Positions 60,807 through 64,000 of a DNA stretch of 64,000 nucleotides are shown piece by piece. The notes beneath the pieces are model-generated. The model ran no database searches. It had not been told where the DNA came from and saw nothing but the letters and a program-made list of their open reading frames with translations. Both the position numbers and the translations under genes were made by a program. Each line of letters opens with the position of its first letter. The stretch's first letter is position 1. The DNA comes from an uncultured Alphaproteobacteria bacterium (GTDB lineage Bacteria; Pseudomonadota; Alphaproteobacteria; UBA6615), in assembly GCA_943787445.1 (NCBI GenBank), contig CALSML010000012.1, forward strand, positions 24,096 through 88,095. Reading direction: 5' to 3'.

Positions 60807-61226
60807 CATAAGGTTGTTAGCGCACGCTAACCACTCGAAAGGTCCGCAACACGCCGTCATGCTCTGTGACGGAGATATACTCACCCTGCACAAGGGTGTG
60901 GCGGTCGAGCTTGAACAGCGGCTCATCTTCATCGGCGGGCTCATCGTCATAATGAAACGCCCAGCCACTGCCGCGATGTACCAGATGGCCGTGCTCATCC
61001 CCCTCGCCGTGCCAGAACCACCACCTGATCCGCCGCGCGCAGCAGCGGCAAAGCATCGCGCACCGCGCGGGTACATTCGCGCCGGGGTGTCCAGGCCAGC
61101 AGAACGGTCTGCCCCGTGGTCGTGTAGCGGCCGGCTTCCGGCACCGCGAGAACCGGCGCGCCTAGTGAATGCTCAACTTCGCCAAGGTGGAAAGTTGCCC
61201 CAACGTAACTAAGGCGGCGTCAAAAA

Positions 61227-62420
61227 TCACCCCTCCACCCCCGTCAGCCCCGTACTCCCATAGAGCCACGCCATCCGGTCGTAGTAATCCTCGGTGGTCA
61301 GCGATTGCATGATCTCGTTGCGCACCCGGGCGTGCACGCCCTCGGCGTGGAACATCAGGTCGCCTATCGCCCGCGAGCCCAGCTGCACCCGCGCGGTCCG
61401 CACCAGCCGCGCGTCCTGATAGGCCAATAACGCACCGTTCAGATCACCACGTTGGGTGTCCAGCATGTGGGACAGGCATACCGCATCCTCCATCGCCATG
61501 CAGGCCCCCTGAGCGTAGTACTGCAGGGTCGGATGGGCCGCATCGCCCAGCAGGGCGACGTTCCCGTCGACCCAGTTCTCCACCGGGTCACGGTCACACA
61601 GCACCCAGACCCGCCAGTCATCGCCGGTTTCGATCACCCGGCGAATGCGTTCGTGGATATGGGTGAAGCCCGCGCGCACCGTCTCTTTCGAAACCGGCTG
61701 GCCGGTGACCGCTTCGGGCGCATCGTCATGGGCGGTGACGACCAGATTGATGTATTTCCAGTCCGACAGGGGGTAATGCACGATGTGGCATTTCGGCCCG
61801 GCCCACAGGGTCGCTGCGTTCCAACGCAGATCTTCGGGCATCGCTTCCAGTGGAATGACCGACCGGTAGGTCGAATGGCCCGAGACCCGCGGCGCACCAT
61901 CGCCCACCAGCTGGCCGCGCACATTCGAGCGCAGCCCGTCCGCGCCGATCAGCGCCGCCCCGTCAAAACTGTTCCCCGACGCCAGCAAGGCGTGCAGCCC
62001 GGTTTCGTCCTGGGTGTAGGACATCACCTCGCTCTTCACATGCAGGGTGATGCGCGGGCTGTCCTCACAGCCCCTCAGCAGCACCCCGTGTAGATCACCC
62101 CGGTGCACGACCGCATAGGGGTTCCCGAACCGGGCACGAAAGGACTCATCGAGGGGAATATGAATGATCTCTTCGCCGCTCACCGCATCCATCAGGCGCA
62201 GCATGCCCACATAGACGGCTTTTTCCCGCGCCCATGCACCCACCCCAAAATAATCCAGCGCATGAAAGGCATTCGGCCCCAGTTGGATGCCCGCGCCAAT
62301 CTCGCCAAATTTCGAGGCCCGCTCGAAAACGACCACATCAAAACCCTTGCCCGCCAGCGCCAGCGCCGCCGAAAGCCCGCCGATACCGCCGCCTGCAATG
62401 AGAATGGGTTTTGAGGTCAT
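61227..62420 (-). CDS. FAD-dependent aromatic hydroxylase, 3-hydroxybenzoate 6-monooxygenase-like
   Basis: 397 aa with the motifs ILIAGGGIGGLSAALALAGKG, FGEIGAGIQLGPNAF and LLGDAAHP, resembling 3-hydroxybenzoate 6-hydroxylase/salicylate hydroxylase. The substrate assignment is tentative. Confidence 0.78.
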   Translation of the reverse strand: MTSKPILIAGGGIGGLSAALALAGKGFDVVVFERASKFGEIGAGIQLGPNAFHALDYFGVGAWAREKAVYVGMLRLMDAVSGEEIIHIPLDESFRARFGNPYAVVHRGDLHGVLLRGCEDSPRITLHVKSEVMSYTQDETGLHALLASGNSFDGAALIGADGLRSNVRGQLVGDGAPRVSGHSTYRSVIPLEAMPEDLRWNAATLWAGPKCHIVHYPLSDWKYINLVVTAHDDAPEAVTGQPVSKETVRAGFTHIHERIRRVIETGDDWRVWVLCDRDPVENWVDGNVALLGDAAHPTLQYYAQGACMAMEDAVCLSHMLDTQRGDLNGALLAYQDARLVRTARVQLGSRAIGDLMFHAEGVHARVRNEIMQSLTTEDYYDRMAWLYGSTGLTGVEG

Positions 62421-62497
62421 AATGGGTTCAGGTCCGGCTCGTCATATCCATGATCACAGGAGGGGATCATAGGGCGGACGACGCCGATCTGCGAGGC

Positions 62498-62571
62498 TGG
62501 AGCGGGTGAAGGGAATCGAACCCTCGTCGTAAGCTTGGGAAGCTTCTGCTCTACCATTGAGCTACACCCGC
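62498..62571 (-). tRNA. tRNA-Gly (anticodon CCC)
   Basis: The 74-nt reverse complement is GCGGGTGTAGCTCAATGGTAGAGCAGAAGCTTCCCAAGCTTACGACGAGGGTTCGATTCCCTTCACCCGCTCCA. It folds by hand into a cloverleaf with a 7-bp acceptor stem, a GCTC/GAGC D stem, the anticodon loop TTCCCAA, a GAGGG/CCCTT T stem with TTCGATT, and an encoded CCA. Confidence 0.92.
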
Positions 62572-62753
62572 CGCGCGGACGTATTTCTATCGTGAAGCCC
62601 CCCGCACACGCAACAAACCAGATTGCCGCGCGCGCCCGCTTCGCTCATAAATTTGCGCTTTGTGCCGCACTGGACTTTTGGGCCGTCATGTTGCCAAATC
62701 CGCCTGCAAGAGCGCTCCGGGTCAGATTCGGGGTCCGTGGAGCCGTCAGGTCA

Positions 62754-63146
62754 ATGTATACGCAGAAAACAAAGAACATTTCGGTCACCGTCACCCCGAT
62801 CTATCTCGAAGACCAGTCGGAACCCGATGAGGACCACTATGTCTGGGCCTATCATGTGAAAATCGAGAATGACAGCCTGGAGACGGTGCAGCTGCGCTCG
62901 CGCCACTGGCGCATCACCGATGCCAAAGGGCTGATGCAGGAGGTCCGGGGTTCGGGCGTGGTCGGCGAGCAGCCGGTGCTCGAACCGGGGGAATCCTTCG
63001 AATACACCAGCGGCACCCCGCTGAACGCGCCGTCGGGAATCATGGTCGGGTCCTACGAAATGCAGACCGATGAAGGCGATACGATCGAAGTGGACATTCC
63101 CGCCTTCTCCCTCGACAGTCCCCATCAGGTCGTGCGTCCGAACTAG
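62754..63146 (+). CDS. apaG: ApaG (DUF525) protein
   Basis: 130 aa from the ATG at 62754 with [11 protein letters not shown]...RHWRITDA...[19 protein letters not shown], typical of ApaG. Confidence 0.9.
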   Translation: MYTQKTKNISVTVTPIYLEDQSEPDEDHYVWAYHVKIENDSLETVQLRSRHWRITDAKGLMQEVRGSGVVGEQPVLEPGESFEYTSGTPLNAPSGIMVGSYEMQTDEGDTIEVDIPAFSLDSPHQVVRPN

Positions 63147-63233
63147 ACTTTGCCCCAGACTGATCCAATTGAGGTATTTCCGCCGTAGAAAATTACGGTA
63201 CTCCCGCCAGCCCTGCCCAGCACGGAACAGACG

Positions 63234-63848
63234 ATGTCAGAAGACAATCCCATCAAGATCACCACGCCCGCTCGCCGCGAGGCGGAAGCCGCCGTCCGCA
63301 CATTGCTGCAATGGGCCGGCGATGACCCCAACCGCGAAGGCCTGGTCGACACCCCGGCCCGGGTGGCCCGCGCCTTCGAACAGTGGTTTGCCGGCTATCG
63401 GGAAGACCCGCTGGAATTCCTCGAGCGCACCTTCGAAGAGGTCGAGGGCTATGACGAGATGGTGGTGCTGCGCGACATCCGGCTGGAGTCCTACTGCGAG
63501 CACCATCTGGCGCCGATTCTGGGGAAAATCCATATCGGCTACATGCCCGACAAGCGCGTGGTTGGCATCAGCAAGCTCGCCCGGGTGGCGGATGCCTATT
63601 CCAAACGCCTGCAGATTCAGGAAAAACTGACCGCCCAGATCGCCAATTGCATCGATGATGCGCTGCAGCCCAAGGGGGTGGCCGTGGTGATCGAGGCCGA
63701 ACATCAGTGCATGACCACACGCGGCGTGCACAAGCCCGGCGTGTTGATGGTGACCAGCAGCATGATCGGGGCCTTCCGGCAGGGTTCGGACACACGGCGC
63801 GAGTTCCTCTCCTTCATCGGCAACCCGGCCTCCCGAAACAACAGCTAA
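63234..63848 (+). CDS. folE: GTP cyclohydrolase I
   Basis: 204 aa with the zinc/active-site block [10 protein letters not shown] and [12 protein letters not shown]. Confidence 0.93.
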   Translation: MSEDNPIKITTPARREAEAAVRTLLQWAGDDPNREGLVDTPARVARAFEQWFAGYREDPLEFLERTFEEVEGYDEMVVLRDIRLESYCEHHLAPILGKIHIGYMPDKRVVGISKLARVADAYSKRLQIQEKLTAQIANCIDDALQPKGVAVVIEAEHQCMTTRGVHKPGVLMVTSSMIGAFRQGSDTRREFLSFIGNPASRNNS

Positions 63849-64000
63849 AGCGCCCGCAGCGCTGGACAGACGGCGCGTTTTCCCCAATCATCCCGCCGAA
63901 CAAGCCCTGTAAGCTCGCCTTGTCAGAACAAGGATAAATGGACACGGTCCCTGCCGTGCGATGTCTCGCGTGCTCGACTTTCGACCCATCCTCTTCATTC

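Noticed and set aside
52448-62571. A bona fide integrative genomic island at tRNA-Gly.
   Set aside because: No integrase, excisionase, transposase or conjugation gene is present, and by eye I found no direct repeat of the tRNA 3' end. It is kept only as a low-confidence accessory-region hypothesis in the findings.
63939-64000. Possible start of another gene at the right edge (ATG at 63939 or 63960).
   Set aside because: Only about 15-20 codons are visible, there are two competing frames, and no recognisable motif is present.

Overview
This is a GC-rich chromosomal core segment with gene content and order typical of an alphaproteobacterium. I could not assign a genus. I call about 60 protein-coding loci and one tRNA-Gly(CCC).

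Gene content, in order:
- thrC and an M32 carboxypeptidase.
- An aa3-type cytochrome c oxidase cluster: ctaC-ctaD-ctaB-(small ORF)-ctaG-ctaE-DUF983-SURF1.
- tldD, an EmrAB-like efflux pair, rsmE-gshA, ubiA and ubiD, and pmbA.
- msbA-waaA-lpxK, translationally coupled through ATGA overlaps.
- xseA, purD, tadA, pseudouridine synthase-rsmD, and pgi-mutL.
- An M16 peptidase pair, then DUF3035 and the classical ribF-ileS-lspA block.
- pyrD and egtB-egtD (ergothioneine biosynthesis).
- A roughly 10 kb mosaic of catabolic enzyme genes ending at tRNA-Gly, followed by apaG and folE.

I recognised no transposase, integrase, prophage, CRISPR array, defence system, toxin-antitoxin pair or transcription factor. 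I found no convincing new multi-gene system.

The strongest unusual signal is ten reading-frame lesions confined to seven dispensable loci:
- ctaB has three frameshifts.
- ctaD has one frameshift.
- pgi has one frameshift.
- A VOC-family gene has an in-frame TAG.
- A MAPEG gene has an in-frame TGA.
- A Sel1-repeat gene has two in-frame TAA codons.
- An alpha/beta hydrolase survives only as a gutted remnant.

Every recognisably essential gene in the window is intact. This pattern looks more like genuine recent pseudogenisation than random consensus error. Only read-level data or ortholog comparison can settle it. All family calls rest on recognising motifs in the supplied translations; no database search was run.
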